64,000 nucleotides of DNA, taken from NCBI RefSeq assembly GCF_009914755.1, contig NC_060947.1, one strand, 5' to 3'. Numbering within the stretch: position 1 is the first letter of the stretch; every line of letters starts with the position of its first letter. Origin of the DNA: the human T2T-CHM13v2.0 reference genome, Homo sapiens. The notes beneath the pieces were generated by a model, which had not been told where the DNA came from, did not search any database, and saw only the letters and a program-made list of their open reading frames with translations. Position numbers and translations under genes: made by a program. Below, one piece after another: positions 36,386 through 61,020 of this stretch.

Positions 36386-38510
36386 TGAGGAAGTGATTTT
36401 TGCTTTTAAAATGAGAACAATTTCTGATTGGCTATGTTGGTAAATTGACATTTTTGGGGGGGGTGGGTGCGGGGGAACCAGGTCTTGTTTAAGATGTACC
36501 GGATACAACGTATTTAAAGGGCAAGAATCCTTTACGTTGGTACTTTATCAGAAAAAGTATAGTAGTACCTAGAGCAATACCACCCAAGAATGGTCTGTGA
36601 TGATGGAAATACTGTGTATCCGCCCTGTCTGGTAGGACTAACCACATTGGCCAATGAACACTTGAAATGTGGCTAGTGCAACCGAGGAACTGAATTTTTA
36701 ATCTTATTTAATAGTTTTTTTTGTTTTAAAAAATAATCATCTAGTAAAATAGACTTTTTTTGGGTATATAGTTCTATGAAATTTTTTTTTAGTTTTGTGA
36801 ATGTTAACACATGTATAGATTTGTTTAACACCAACACAACCAGGACATAGCGCAGCCCTGTTACCCCTAAAAAACTCCCTCTTGCTACCATTTTCCCTAC
36901 CTCTAACCCCTGGAAACCACTGTTCTGTTCTCCATCTTCCCCTTTAGTTGGAAAGTTTAAATTATTTACAGTCATTTTCTTAACCCTAAAATCACCTCAG
37001 GGGAGGGAAATTAAAGTTTAAAAGAGGCCTTCTTTAAAAACACAAGGACACAAAAGCCTTCATTTGATGGTGGCTACTCTTATATTGCATGTCTTTCAAT
37101 ACTATATGTCTCAACTATACGTGGTTTGACTATTCTGCATTTTTTTTTCATGGAAAATGTTATATAGTATTATCCAAAACCAAATATAATTTATTTCCCC
37201 ACTTCTGTTTTGGATCATTTATGCTAGTGATTTCCTCCATCCCTAAGAACCAGCTAGCCAACTAGAATTATCAGAGTCTTAGAAACTTTCCATGCCATGG
37301 GTACATTTCACATTTTCACCCAAATACACAGTCATCAATTATCAAGCTAAAGGAAGAAATAAAAATATGTTCATTAAAATAAGTGAAAGATTTAACTATT
37401 GTAGACAATTTAAAGAGAGATTTTCTATGCTGAATTACTTTTAATTATAATTTTGAGTTTTTATTTTATAGAGCAAAGCTTTTCACTAGAAATTAATAAC
37501 ACCTATATTTAACTGCTTTTTTGAATATTAATATCCTATGGCCATCTCAAAAATCAATAGGTCCAGCACTGAATTTATCATCTCTCCTTTCCCTCCACTT
37601 TAACCTCTTAATTTCCTCCTGATTTCCTCCTCTCTTTCTGATATCAGTTAATGACGCCACCATCTATCTATCCACTGGCCCAAGCCAGATACCTTTAAGT
37701 CATCCTAGTCGTCTCCTTTATCCTATACATCTTGTTAGGAGGCCCTACCCTCCTGAATGTATCTTGGAGCTGCCTCTTTTATCTTTGCCCCCAGTATTCA
37801 TGTCTTAATTCAGACCCTCTATTGCACTACTTTTGCAATTGCAGTAGCCTCCTAGCTGATAGTCCTCCCTCCTGTATCACTCCACCCTACTACACTATCA
37901 TCTTCCACACTGCCTCCAGAATGATCCTTCTCTAAAATGAAAATCTAATCACATAATTCTCTGCTTAACTTTTCCATGGCTTCCTATTACCTATAGGATA
38001 AATCACAACCATTATTGGCATATAGAACCCCATAATAGAGCAGTTGCCTAATTTTCAAGCCTCTTATCTTTCTCTACTTTTTTGTTTCCATTCATCTGGA
38101 ATTCTCTGCCTCATATATCCTTGCTGATTCCTGTTTGTCCTTTAACATTCAGGTATTATCTCTCCTAAGAATACTTTTCTGACCCATATTCCCAGGGATG
38201 AATGGGTATCCCTTTTCTGTATTCTCTGTCCTATTGTTCCTGTGACATGTTCAGCTTTGTATCCTGAGAATCCCAGTTCCTGACGCACATAATAAGTGCT
38301 CAATAAATATTAGTTGCTCAATGTTTAATTTTATATAATTCACTGCTGTTACGAAGAACTTTCCTATTTACTCGTATGATCCTTGTAATAGCCCTGGAAG
38401 ATAATAGGGCATATTTTCTCATTTTTCAGATGGTAGAACTAATGGGTGTGGTTAGCTAATAAGTGGAGAATTGATGCTGGAACTTAAATCTTCTGACTCC
38501 CAACCCAGTA

Positions 38511-38512
<2 letters not shown>

Positions 38513-38556
<44 letters not shown>
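38513..38556 (+). repeat. (TG)22 microsatellite, intron 2
   Basis: Direct reading. Confidence 0.95.
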
Positions 38557-38558
<2 letters not shown>

Positions 38559-39272
38559 TTCATCATGAATCTTTGTAAGATGTCAGCCAAAGAGATGCAA
38601 TCATGACAGTAGTTAAATTATATGCAGTAACTAAGCTACAAGAATATAATCATTGTTTTATAATCTAATTGGGCAAAACAATAAAGATGTTCTTATTTTG
38701 AACAAAATTAATAGTATGCTCTAGTGACTTAGGGGGATATAGGAGTATATGCTATAAAATCCTATGAATACTGCCTTCACTCATAAACCGGCAGGCTTAT
38801 ACTTTTCTTGCCAACAAAGTTATCCTAATTGAACATTATTTTTATTTTTTTAAATTGACATATAATAGTTATACATATTTTTAGGAAATTGGACATTTTA
38901 AAATATTAAACTTCATATTACCTTTTATTTTTCTGTAGCTGATCCTGTTTCATGTATAACCTTTTCAGTTGGTAGAGTGTGAAGTGTTGGAGTAATTTAT
39001 GAAAGGAATGGAAGGAAAGAGTAGTTTGTACTCTGTTGTGAAATTCTTGGGTGTGTTTGTCAATATACATGTTTCAAATGCCTGATAGGTACCACAGTCA
39101 CATATGTCTGCATATATAACTTTACCATTCTTGTAGGTACACAAGACATTTTATGTTTCTTTCTAACAAGAAGAGTAAAAATGAAAACTAATAGGGAAAC
39201 TCCATTAGATTGAGTTGTCTCACTCTTCTTGAATGTGGTGTGATGATTATTATTTTAAATCCTGTGTGATAG

Positions 39273-39848
<576 letters not shown>

Positions 39849-40298
39849 TGATCTTTTAACTTTTTGCTTTCTTCTTAAGCATGAGTTTTGAATCCATGAG
39901 ACTAGAGTGCTTGCTGTATCATTGAGGTACAGCATATTCCCAGGATTAAAAGTTAATGATTATAATTAAAGGTTACATAAACCTTGAACTGAAGAAAAGG
40001 CAGCTGGGTTGGCAATTCATGGAATTCAAGGTTCTTAACACAACATGACTAGGGTACTCTTTACCTCTAATATATTTTACTTAGGCATGGAGAAACTTGG
40101 AGACCATAGCTACAGTGGTCATATCTCTTACTTGTTTCTAGTCTATGCCAATAACATTTTCTGAAAAGAAAAAAAATTAAGAAAATATGATGACAAGAAT
40201 GAGAGAGAAACAATTATTTGTGGTTATTGATTTAGAAAACAGAATGTTTTCTGAAGTAGCCCAGGAATAACTGAATTAATTATATTTCTTTTTATTAA

Positions 40299-41117
<819 letters not shown>

Positions 41118-42809
41118 TAGGCACTGTAATTCCACTTTTGCAAATATGTCCTATGGAGGTAGCCAGCAGTATATACAAAGATGCATAAGGATGTTTGTAT
41201 AATTGCTTATGATATTTAAAAACTGGAAACAATAACTCGTGGTGCAACAATAAATAACTCATGATGAAATGCTATGAAGTCATAAAACATTATGGTATTA
41301 AAGATAATTAATGCCACAGGAAGGTGTCTGAGGTATTTTGTTAAATGAAAAAAAGCTGAAAAGCTATATATACAATGTGATCAAAATTTTATAAAGAAAT
41401 GTATCTGAATTTACGCCATGTATATATTGTTTATGTATATGAATAAGATTCCTGGTAGGATATGAACCAAAATTTTAACAGTGATTATCTTTGGGTGGTA
41501 GGATAAATGTGATTTTTGTTTCCATTGTGTTTCCTGGTTTTATAAGTTGTTTTTACAATAAGAATGTATGTATGTAGCTATGTATTTATATAATGGGGGA
41601 AGCCAGTGCTCTTTTAAAAACAAAAGTAGTTGAAATAAATAATAGGATTTTAACTATAATTTTATATTTAGGCATTCAAATTAAACTGACTCCAGAGCTG
41701 TCCCAAAGTTTTCGTATTTCCTGACAGCTCTTACCTTTGAACTGAAACAAAAAATGTATATTCAATGGAATTTAATTATGTGAAATTGTTCTTTTGAACC
41801 AGAATTGAACCTGGCCTTGAATTAAACTGGAAAATGCCCAAATGAAATTTTTTGCTTGAAATAACAATTGAAACGTTTTACAACCAATTTCTGGACAATA
41901 TAATTAATCTTTGCTATCCTGATTAGAATGAAAGATATCAAATAGTAGTATTCCCTTTTTAGGCTCACTAAATCTGAGTAAAAAATTTTACTAAACACAT
42001 GTCTAAATTGTTATGGTAGATTAATGTCAGTGAGAGAGGACTTAGAGACATACCATTATTAATTTTTAGTTCTTAATTTTTCTGTTGGTGACAAATGGTA
42101 GAAATTATAGAATTCTCACTTTTTAAAATTGACACATAGTTCACATACCATAAAATTTGCCCATTTAAGGTACACAACCCAGTGGTTGTTAGTATACTTA
42201 CAGAGTTTTCCAGCCATCATCACTATATAATTTTAGAACTTTTTATCACTCCCAAAAGAAATCACATATCCATTAGCAGTCATTGCCCATTTCTCCTTCC
42301 CCTCCCCAAGCTCCTGATAACAACTGTTCTACTTTCTGTCTCTGAATTTGACTATTCTAGGGACATCATTTAAGTGGAATCATACAACATTTGTCCTTTT
42401 GTGCCTGAATTATTTTATTTAGCATAATGTTTTCAAGGTCCATCCATGTTGTAGTATGTATTAGAACATCATTCCTTTTTATTGCTGAATATTATTCCAT
42501 TGTATGGATATATCACATTTTTGTTTTTTCATTCAACAGTTGATGGGAATTTGGATTGTCTCCACTCTCTTGCCTATTATGTATAACACTGCTATGAACA
42601 ATTTGAGTTCAAATTTTTGTATGAACATATGTTTTTATTTCTCCTGGGTATATATCTAGGAGTGGAATTGCTGGGTCACATGGCAGCTAAACTTTTTGAG
42701 GGACTGCCAGACTGTTTTTCAAAGTAGCTGTTCCATTTTACATTACCATCTCAAATTCTCACTCTAATGTAGAAAATCTCAATTTTTTGAGATTTTTAAA
42801 TTAGAATCT

Positions 42810-43099
42810 GGCCTGGTACGGTAGCTCACAACTGTAATCCTAGCACTTTTGGAGGCTGAGGCAGGCAGACCACTTGACCCCAGAAGTTCGAGACCAGCCT
42901 TGGTAACATGATGAAACCCCGTCCCTACAAAAAATACAAAACATCAGCTGGGCATGGTGACACACACCTGTAGTCCCAGCTACTCAGCGGGCTAAGGTGG
43001 GAGGATTGCTTAAGCCCGGAAGTCAAGGCTGCAGTGAGCCGTGATCGTGTCACTGTACTCCAGCCTGGGTAACAGAACAAGACCCTGTCTTTAAAAAAA
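42810..43099 (+). mobile_element. Alu (J-like)
   Basis: Alu consensus. Confidence 0.9.
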
Positions 43100-43126
43100 T
43101 AGATTTTAGATTAGAATCTAATCTAA

Positions 43127-43432
<306 letters not shown>

Positions 43433-43606
43433 TTTAGATTCTTTTGCTCTAAAAAAGAGATACATAGTTCTCTATTAGAAAATTCATACAGAACACTAAA
43501 ATGTTAAAGGGACTCTAGTACCAAAAGTCTGAACGAAGTGTAGGAAATCCATAATTGCTGAAGGAAATAATTATGAAACCAGAAGAAAAATTTAAGTTGG
43601 AAATAA

Positions 43607-44005
<399 letters not shown>

Positions 44006-44636
44006 TGAAAATGACAGTGTTTGAAATTATATTGATTCACATTTCACTACTTCATAATGTTGGATTATTTCTCAGAGCTTCTATTAAATTAAAATACTTT
44101 GATATGCATAATGGATTATGTTGTCAATAATGAGCACCACATAAATTAGTTATATCAGTATCACCAAAACAAGTTACTTACATTATAATATTCCTATGCC
44201 TCTTACATATAGGAACACAATTATAATCATCTTACATCACATATGGTATAAAACTGAAATATTTTTCATGTTCAAATGTGGTATCTGTCATTACAGTAAG
44301 CAAGGGCATCATAAACTTTCAGATTGGATTCAAAAACAGAATTTTTTTCTATTCACTTGGGTTTATATTTTTGCAACTCACATTTTTGCAAGTGTGGTTC
44401 ACAGACCAGCAGCACCTAGGACCTTGTTAGAAATCAGACTCTGGCCCACTGCAGACCCAGTAAATCAAATTCTACATTTTAATTTTAATGAGCTCTCCAG
44501 GTAATCCATTTGCACATTAAAGTTTGAGAACACTGATCTACATAATGTGATTCATTGACCTTTAAATTCTAAATTAAATCTACATTAACTTTGTTTACAT
44601 AAACAAGTCCAGAAATTTGATTGAAGGCAATAATAT

Positions 44637-44946
44637 CAGTCATAACAACATTTCGATCAACAATGGACCACATAGACGATGGTGGTCCCGTAAGATTATA
44701 ATGGAGCATATATAGAAACCTCATATAAGGCATTTGATATTGGCATAGCAGATCAAGTAGGAGAAATGATTGATATTCATTAATGGTGCTAGGACATTTG
44801 GTGTTCCATCTGAAAAAATATATATAAATACAAATATAAAGAGCATCTAGTTTTGTGTAAGTACACTCTATGATGTTCACACAATGATGAAATTGCCTAA
44901 AGCATTTTTCAGAACATATTTCCATCGTTTAAGTGACTCATGACTG
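44637..44946. mobile_element. Tigger3-type DNA transposon relic
   Basis: Termini cagtcat...atgactg; internal gacgatggtggtcccgtaagattataat. Confidence 0.7.
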
Positions 44947-45124
44947 TATAATATTAAATATTATAATTTAAAATAGCTAGCATTTTTTTAGGAGAAAAGC
45001 CATATAAATTTATTTGATCATAGTTTTACATGACATGGGAGCCTTCAGAATGAAGACCCAAAGATACAGGAGAAACTGCCCATTTTTGTGCTTAGATTTA
45101 GCACAATATGGATAGCTAAAATAG

Positions 45125-45435
<311 letters not shown>

Positions 45436-45615
45436 AAAAAAGCTAGCATTTTATGAAGGTTTATATAACAAATGTGAGCAGAGTAAAAGCAACTTTTCAA
45501 TTACCTTAGCTGATCAAACTAGTAAATGGAATTCAAGAGTACTTGATCAGTCTCTGGCACCATGTATAGCATCTACCTAGTCCTTAGGAACTATGACTGC
45601 AGCAAGTTCAGTAAC

Positions 45616-45911
45616 TTTTTTTTTTTTGAGACACAATCTCGCTCTGTTGCCCAGGCCGGAGTGCAGTGGCACGATCACAGCTCACTGCAGCCTTAATTTC
45701 CGGGGCTTAAGCGATCTTCCCACCTCAGCCTCCTGAGTGGCTGGGACTATAGGCGTGTACCACCACACCCGGCTAATTTTTTTCTATTTTTTGTAGAGAT
45801 GGAGTCTCAGTTTGTTGCCTAGGCTGGTCTCAAACTCCTGGGCTCAAGCAGTCCACCCACCTTGGCCTCCCAAAGTGCTGGGATTACATGTTTGAGCCAC
45901 CATGCCTGGCC
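45616..45911 (-). mobile_element. Alu (J-like)
   Basis: Alu consensus; TSD tcagtaactttt. Confidence 0.9.
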
Positions 45912-46255
45912 TCAGTAACTTTTAACAATGTCTTTTACCTCAACCTACTATTGTTAAGGGCCCCGGGAATCAATTATTCAACAAATGATTATCAGGAGCC
46001 AGTTATATGCCCTGCATCTGTTAGGGCTTATAACATACATACTAATGGCCATGATGGGTAGGTAAAAAACCTTGGCATAGTGAATGTCACCATAAAAGAA
46101 TTGATAGAGCTTAACTACAGTGACCCATATTATCGGGACATGAAGTGACTGCATTCTGTGATTCTGCTAGAGATTAGAGTTTAAGATTTCACCAGAATTG
46201 TAACTACCCATTTTTTAAGTGTAAGTGTCAGTGCTGATCCAGGTCTCACAGCCTA

Positions 46256-46687
<432 letters not shown>

Positions 46688-46780
46688 TTATCCTGACTAT
46701 CTGTATTATCGTTTCCTTAAAGTAAAAAGGCATGATATATGAAGTAATCACTAACCAATTAAAGCAATCTAAATACTTGA

Positions 46781-47114
<334 letters not shown>

Positions 47115-49507
47115 GTGACTTTTTATTTTTAACTAATTTCAAGCTTACAAAAAAACTGCAAGAAATAGTAGAGAATTCCTGTTTACCAATTTCATGCAGG
47201 TTCCACAGTTAATATTTTACATCGTTTATCATTCTCTCTTAATAGATAGATATACATTTATATATATATATACACACACACATACATACATTTTTTTCTG
47301 AACTATTTGAGAGTAAGCTGCAGACATGATGTTTATGATTATTTTAAAGCCATTTTTAGATTATTTATGTATTCTTCACACTACACCAGAGGCTGAACTT
47401 CACATCGGTTTTGAGTATCAGACTGGAAATTCTTTCTTGAAATATTTGGAATCATTTGTAGTTGTTGCCTCAAGTGCAGGAAAATCAATTTTCCTTTGAA
47501 TTTATTTAAAAGTTTAAGTAGTGTTGTTACAGCCTGTAGAAAAATTAAAATTAAAATTAAAAAATTAAAATTCATTGTGACCTTTTCACACCCTTACTGT
47601 CTCTGTGGAGGATGAAGAAGGCTTTGCTCTTTTGCTTGCCACACTCACAGAGCTAAAGGATACAATTTTATGGATCTTTATTTAGAGGTCATGCTAAGGT
47701 AGCTAAAAGGGACTACCTCTTATGACTTATTTTAATATAATACTGTATTTCCAGAGTGTGAAAATTACAGATGGTATTCCAGGTTACCTCTGGTACCTAA
47801 AATAACGAAATTGCTCTGGAACAACAGGTAAAGTGATGAACAGAAAAAACTTTTTTTTTCATTGTCCAAGTTCATAATTAAGTCTCAATAGTAATTATGA
47901 GAGAATGAAGGAACCTTCTGGTTGGATTAAAATGGTGGTTTTATTCAAAACCAAAGTGATTTTTTTTTTGGCTACTCAGCCTCCTTTTTGTTTTTCTTTG
48001 GTTTTTAAAAAAGCATAACAGCAGTACTATTTGGTAAATTTCACAGTCTGTGTTCTAAATAAAGTTCTCACAATCTGAATCAGTATCTTTCTGAAGTGAT
48101 TCAATTAAGACCAGAGACAGGCTAATTAAGGAACACTTTACTATTCAAAGTGTCCTTTGCTGGAATCATCCAAAATCCAAACCTCAGTGTCATGTGGTGT
48201 TCCCATGTGACAGACTTGTACACGTACCTCCTGAATCTAAAATAAAAGTTGAAATTATTTTTTTAAAGTGTCCTTTGCTATACTCAGACCTAGGCTGGCA
48301 GCACTGCCATCAACTCAGAGCTTGGTGGAAATGCAGAATCTCAGACCCTACCTTAGATGTATTGAGTCAGAACCTGCATTTTAACAAGCTCCCCCAGGTG
48401 ATTGTGTATGCATTCAGATTTAAGAGGCATTAATATACTTATTTGAGAAGTCTACATTATTCTGTAGGGAAGTGGTCAGGCTTTTGTTAAAGTTTCTTCC
48501 AAACTTGCTCATCTTCAACATCCTGAAAACCAGCTCTTCTGTGCAGGGGTTCCTTTGTCTGCTAGCTAAATAGACATGAGCTGGTATTTTGTCCAAGGAC
48601 AAGAATGAACAAATTAGATAGACTAGTGGAAATTTGCTCTTTTCTTCCTTTTCTCTACAGGGGAGGAGAAAATCTTTGGCTTTTTTTTTTTTCAGGTGCA
48701 GGGATGTGTTAGAATAATTTCTCCTTTCTTGGGAGGTAACTAATACTGCAGTGGATAAACTAAAACAAAATAGCAGAATTTCAGAGACTTCAGGGGAGCT
48801 TCTGGGATGATATGAGCTTCCACAGTCCATAAAGATTCTCTGAATACTCCATTGTGCAAAATAGACTTTTTGCTGACTTATTCCTTGCCTCTTCTTCCAC
48901 TGTCCACAGACATATTAAAATTTAAAAATATTATATATGTATGTTAAAAATTCAAACAATATAGAAGTATAGATAGAGGAAATTTATTCATCTGTCTGTC
49001 ATTCTATTCCTGCCTTAACCCTATTCCCCAGAAGTAGCCACTGTTAATAGTTTGGTATGTAACCCCCCCGCCCAGCTTTCTTATGCATGTTCTCATCTAT
49101 GCATACACTAAAATTAAAAAAAAAAATCAGCACACTGCAATGCTGTTTTGCAAATTGCTTTTTGTTCCACTTAATATACTGTGAATTGCTTTGATGCCAG
49201 TATGCCAATCATCAACATGATGGTAAAATTTCATTATAAAAATAAGAACTATCCATTAACAAACTACTCTGTCTCTCAGATTGGGAGTAGAGATAATGGC
49301 TAGAAGAAAAAAAGTTTTGTTTATTCAGGTAGCTCAGATTTTCCTGGGAATTGGGATGGGAAGTATTGAAATTGGAAGTCACTGCGGAGGAAAGTGTAGA
49401 GATAACTTAATGCTAACGGATAGTAGGAACTTGCTCGTTTTAAAGGAATAGATTGTCAGTGCCTGGAGGTATGGATTGTGATGCAAGGCAAGGATGCAAT
49501 TGAATGA

Positions 49508-49861
<354 letters not shown>

Positions 49862-49997
49862 TAAAGATTTTCAGTAATGTGTGGGACAACCCCGATGTCC
49901 TGGAAGCCTTAGTGTTTTGCTGCCTTAGATAAAGTTCCTCTCTTGTTTACCTCATGATCACATTTGTATATCTATGAAATTCGTTAAAAAAAAATAG

Positions 49998-50367
<370 letters not shown>

Positions 50368-50691
50368 ATAAATTTTCTTCTAAAGCTATGCCTAAAACTG
50401 ACAAATAGAATATTTAAGAATTTCATTATTACTATACCCAGACCAAGCACCAGACCAAAAACAAGTTTGTTTAGAATTATATTTTTCTCTTTGCTTGTGG
50501 TAAAAATGTTCACAAGTTACTTAATATTGTATACAAGTGTTAATTTTAGGTTACACAATCTTAGAAAATGTATACCACAGTTTTTTAAATTCAGTCACAC
50601 TCAGATGTTTTAGCTTATTAATTTGCACTCATATTTATAGACTTCCCAGTATAGCACAGTAGATTTGTTAACCATAAAGATATGTGATGAT

Positions 50692-51081
<390 letters not shown>

Positions 51082-51655
51082 TTAGTCACAGAGCTAAATA
51101 AAGAAGTATGGACTAGTATAAGCTTATCCCCACCATTGAGAAAATTACTCAAAATGTATGTAGTAATCACCTCACCTCATATATTAAGGGCAGAACATTA
51201 TTATAATAAAATGTATGGTATACGGAGTCATCTTCAGTTCAATATTACCTTGTCTGCATTCTATGATTTCTGCTTCAGTTTAGCCTCCATTATTTCTAAC
51301 TGGAATGCACTCAAGGCTAAAGCTTCTATTATTCTTTTTTTAGATTAATTAAAAAAGAAAAGGAGGGAGGTTGCCAAGCAAATGAAAATGAAAAGAAGCA
51401 TTCAAGGTTTCTATTTAATTTAAGAACCAACTATTTTGGGGCAATTCAGAAATAGCTTTCTTCATGAGACAAGCAATGCCTATGCCAGTTACAATTTTTT
51501 TTAAGTCTGTTAAGCTGATTTTTCCAATTACTTCCATATTATCCCCTTTACAACCTCTTAGCCCAGTTAGAAATAACTTTAGCCTAGCTGGAGTCACTAC
51601 ATTCATTTTGTTTTTAACTAAGTAGCATTGGTCTTCTCTCAATTTAGTCTGCAAC

Positions 51656-52034
<379 letters not shown>

Positions 52035-53143
52035 CTGCGTTATATTTTTAAAAAATGAACAGAAAGAGTTCTTATTATAGTTTGAAGAGTTTTTTTAAAT
52101 TATCTGCAATTTACATAAGTATTGAACTTATGTTTTTGACATTTGAAAAATCAAATTTTCCCTTCTATTTCTGTTTGCCCATAGATTACATTCAGCTGAA
52201 GCAAAAAGATTTTTTCCTACTTTCTCTATACCTTTCCTATATTACTGACACTTTCCCATTAACTGATCACCTGAATTGTTTGATACCAACAAAGCCCAAA
52301 ATGTAAGCACTTTATATAGAAAAATTAGATTATATTAGGTATTTTTTCTTTTTTTCACTGTGTATACGTTTATCTACTTTTTTAATTTTTAATTTTTGTG
52401 AGTATATAATAGGTATATATATTTATAGGTTACATGAGATGTTTTGATACAAACATGCAATGCATAATAATCACATCATGGAAAATGGGGTATCCATCTC
52501 TTCAAGCATTTATCCTTGTGTTATAAACAATTCAATTATATTCTGTTACTTTTAAATGTACAATTAAATTATGATTGACTATAGTCACACTGTTGTGCCA
52601 TCAAATACTAGGTCCTATTCATTCTTTTTATTTGTACCCATTAACCATCCCCACTTCCCCTTACAACCCCCACTATCCTGTTTACTTATTTAAAGCTATT
52701 AAATTAATATTTAATCATTTTTTCTTTTTTTATCAAACCTCAGACTTGACCTATGGACTGTTGATCCCCATTCCCTGTCAGGTAGCCATCAAATGCCACA
52801 GAATCCTAGAAAGAACTTCTATTTTTGCTATGTAGAATTAATTTTCTTCCTGGCAATGACAGCAATAGCTGGCCTAGAAAAGTGGAATGGTTGTTAAAAA
52901 AAAAAAGGTTTGCACTAGTGAACAGCATGACTGCCATAAAATGAACTCCTTTTTTTGGTTAACAAGTTGCGTGGGACTTTTTTTCTAGGAATAAGAGCTT
53001 TTTAGATTACTGTGTGCCAGACACTAAAACCTGATAATTTAAATAAATGACTATTATTTGATAATATTATAATGTGTATGTTGGTATATTATTGGATTCT
53101 TTGCTACAATTATGATTTCATAAGTGCATGAGTTCCTTTCTCT

Positions 53144-53451
53144 ATTTTTTTTTTTTTGAGACAGGATCCTACTCTGTCACACATGGTGCATTGCAGTGGC
53201 ATGAACACTGCTTACTGCAGCCTCCACCTCCCAGGGTCAAGTGATCTTCCCACCTCAGCTTCCTGAGTAACTGAGACCACAGGCATGCACCACCATGCCC
53301 AGCTAATTTTTGTATTTTTTTTTTTTTTTTTTGTAGAGACAGGGTTTTGCCATATTGCCCAGGCTGGTGTCGAACTCCTGGACTCAAGCGATCTGCCCTC
53401 CTCGGCCTCCCGAAGTTCTGGGATTGCAGGCATGAGCCGTCATGCCCAGCC
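53144..53451 (-). mobile_element. Alu (J-like)
   Basis: Alu consensus. Confidence 0.9.
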
Positions 53452-53866
53452 GAGTCCCTTTCTCTAGTACTCTGTCTTATTAATTTCTAAAAATGCTTTA
53501 TATTTACAAGATACAGTCTCAAGCAATTTCAATTCATAGGCCTAATTTGCATCCAAGTCAAACAAAAAACTGTTGAACTAGTAAACAGTTATAAGACAAT
53601 TTTAAAAATGTGAATACTGCCTGGATATTTGATGATATTGAAGAATTATTTTAGGTGTGAAAATGGTATTATGGTTTTTTAAAAAGAGTCTATTTTTTAG
53701 AGATACATATTTAAATATTTACACATGAAATGATGTGATGTCTGGGACTTGCTTCAGCATAATCCAGGTAGAGAGCAGCGAGTGGAGGGTGTAGGAATGT
53801 ATATGAAATAAGATTAGCCAAGTATTATGAAGCAAGGTGATAGGTACGTCAAGTTTATTATGTTCT

Positions 53867-53870
<4 letters not shown>

Positions 53871-53918
<48 letters not shown>
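53871..53918 (+). repeat. (CA)24 microsatellite, intron 5
   Basis: Direct reading. Confidence 0.95.
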
Positions 53919-53920
<2 letters not shown>

Positions 53921-54076
53921 ATTGAAAATTTCCATAATAAAAAGTTTAAGAAAAATCAGGCTATGTTTTGGAATAGTTCTAATTGTTTGGGGTCAAGACT
54001 GGTATAAAAGTTAAATTTCTCCAGATTCAAATCCTTTAATACTTAAGAGAAATCCTTTCATACTTGATAATACTAA

Positions 54077-54361
<285 letters not shown>

Positions 54362-54693
54362 TAAGGTTCAGAGAAGAGTTGTGAAGATAATTAAAGGTGG
54401 GGAAAATATTATGAAAATTAAGGAAACTGGAAAATGGAAGGATAAGGTATGATCTAATGGTACTCTTCAAGCATGGAATTTAAAAAGATAATTGTCGTAT
54501 CTCTGTTAACCAAAAAAGAATTGGGTATGAATGAATAAATGAAAATTAACATTTAAAATATAATATGATTCCTATCTAGTAGCATGTAATTGAATAAATT
54601 CCAGTGCATTAAAGACTCAAATTTTATAAAGTCATAAAACCTGTGTAAGGCATATTGATTTAAAGTGATCACTTTCTCCAACCCAGCAAATCA

Positions 54694-55038
<345 letters not shown>

Positions 55039-55539
55039 TCATAAGATTATATTTATTATATAATTTTAAGAGCAAAAATTTAGAACCAATCTATATTAAA
55101 TGTCCTTTAATAGGGAATGTTTAAATAAATTCTGTATAGACATATTATAGAATACAATACAGATGTTAAAAGAGTAAAATAGATCAATATTAACTGACAA
55201 GTAAAGATTTCCAGGATGTATTATTTACTTAAGCAAAACAAGTTGCAGTGTAATACTTATGGCATAATCTCATTTAGTAAAAAATGCAAAACTACATGTA
55301 TGTGTACTTACATATGTATATAAACACCTAGAGAAAGGACTAGTATATACACATGATTAACACTGTTTATCTCAGGAAGAGAGCGGGATTGAGGGAGAAG
55401 ATCAAAGAGAAACTTGCATCTTTTCAACATTGAAATTTTTACAGCTAGAATGTATTTAAATTTATTTGTATAACTTAAAAAATTAAAACAAAAAATCTTG
55501 TACCAAAATAAGTTCCAGTTTAAGCAAAAATTCAAATGT

Positions 55540-56222
<683 letters not shown>

Positions 56223-56454
56223 TCAATATTATGAAACTTTCGGACATACAGAAAAGTCAGAAGAATTGTACAGTAGATATCCTATATACACCAGCTAGAT
56301 TCTACAATTAATACTTTACTATATTTGCTTTATCATACATCAATCCATCAATACATCACTGAAATAATTTTAGACTCACAAGTAAGTAAAAAAAAGTACA
56401 GAAAATTTCCATGTAGCCTTCATCTAGCTTTTCCCAATGATAACATCTAATTCA

Positions 56455-56790
<336 letters not shown>

Positions 56791-56799
56791 GAAGAAAAA

Positions 56800-59120
<2,321 letters not shown>

Positions 59121-59830
59121 TGTTGTTTTCTTGAATAAATGCTTCCTAGATTGCTGCAAGCTTTTGTTTGATTTCCAGATTTCTGGAAAAAGATGGTTCT
59201 TACAATTTCTGCCAGTTTTCTCATTGCTTTTACAGAGGAGAGAATTTTAGAGGTCTTACTGCACCATTTGCACTGATATACCTTCAGCAGATATTCTTGA
59301 ATAAATCCTTCTTAATTTGTGGTATGCCCTTTGGTCAATTTCCAGAGTATTTCAATGGCTGTTTTTTGATACTTTTGTCAGTTTTATCATTGCTTTTTGA
59401 GGAAAGGATTTGCTGAGCTCCTCACGCAGTCATTCTAGAAGTCATGCCCATCCATTTTATAATTTAACGCCCAGCTAAACTATAACCCCACTCAAGATAT
59501 AGGGAAAGATACATTTTTAGACATACAAAGTCAAAACACTTTTGCCATCCATTAATTTCACTGAAAGCTATACTAGTGATTATATACTTCAGCAGGATGA
59601 AAAAAAAATCCAGCGGGAAGCAAGACTGGATACAAGAAACAATAATAAATGTCAAATCCTCTATCACTGAGTAGTAGTGACAGGAATTTGGAGACTTTTA
59701 ATGAGATCCTCTTCTATCTGGGACCATATATTTGTTCAATGTGGTATAAAAATGGTATCCTAATGATCATATCTAAAGCATACTAGTAGTGCAATTAAGA
59801 TCTTGTGTGGCAAACCCATGAGTCCTTTTA

Positions 59831-60484
<654 letters not shown>

Positions 60485-60749
60485 TAAACGTGTCTGCATT
60501 TTTTTTTTTGGTCTTTTTCAGGAAAAGTTAGGCAAAGGTACATTTACACTATTAATCAGGAGCAAACAAGTTAGAACCACAAAACACTTAAAATATTTAG
60601 AAAATGGAAATAAAGTATAATTTGTTATAAATAAGATTCATATTAGTTACTAAGAAAGTGAAGGATCCTGCTTGATGGCTTTTTGTTTGTTAGGTCAAAA
60701 CAAAAGACCTATTTTTAAGTTAAAGTAAGAAATTTAAAAGACTAAACCC

Positions 60750-61020
60750 AGCTGGACATAGTGGCTCATGCCTATAATCTCAGCATTTTGAGAGGCCTAG
60801 AGGGCACAATCACTTGAGGCCAGGAGTTCAAGACCATCCTGGGCAATGTAGCGAGACCCTGTCTCTGCAACAAAAATTAAAATAACTAGCCAGGTGTGGT
60901 GCCACGCACCCATAGTATTAATCACACGAGAAGCAGAGGTAGGAGGATTGCTTAAGTCCAGGAGTTGAAGGTTACTGTGAGAGAGACCTTGTCTCTAAAA
61001 CAAACAAACAAACAAACACA
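60750..61020 (+). mobile_element. Degenerate Alu (J-like)
   Basis: Alu consensus. Confidence 0.8.

Noticed and set aside
36455-36476. G-rich run (also C-rich 26297-26330) as a G-quadruplex
   Set aside because: Too few regular G-tracts or no functional context
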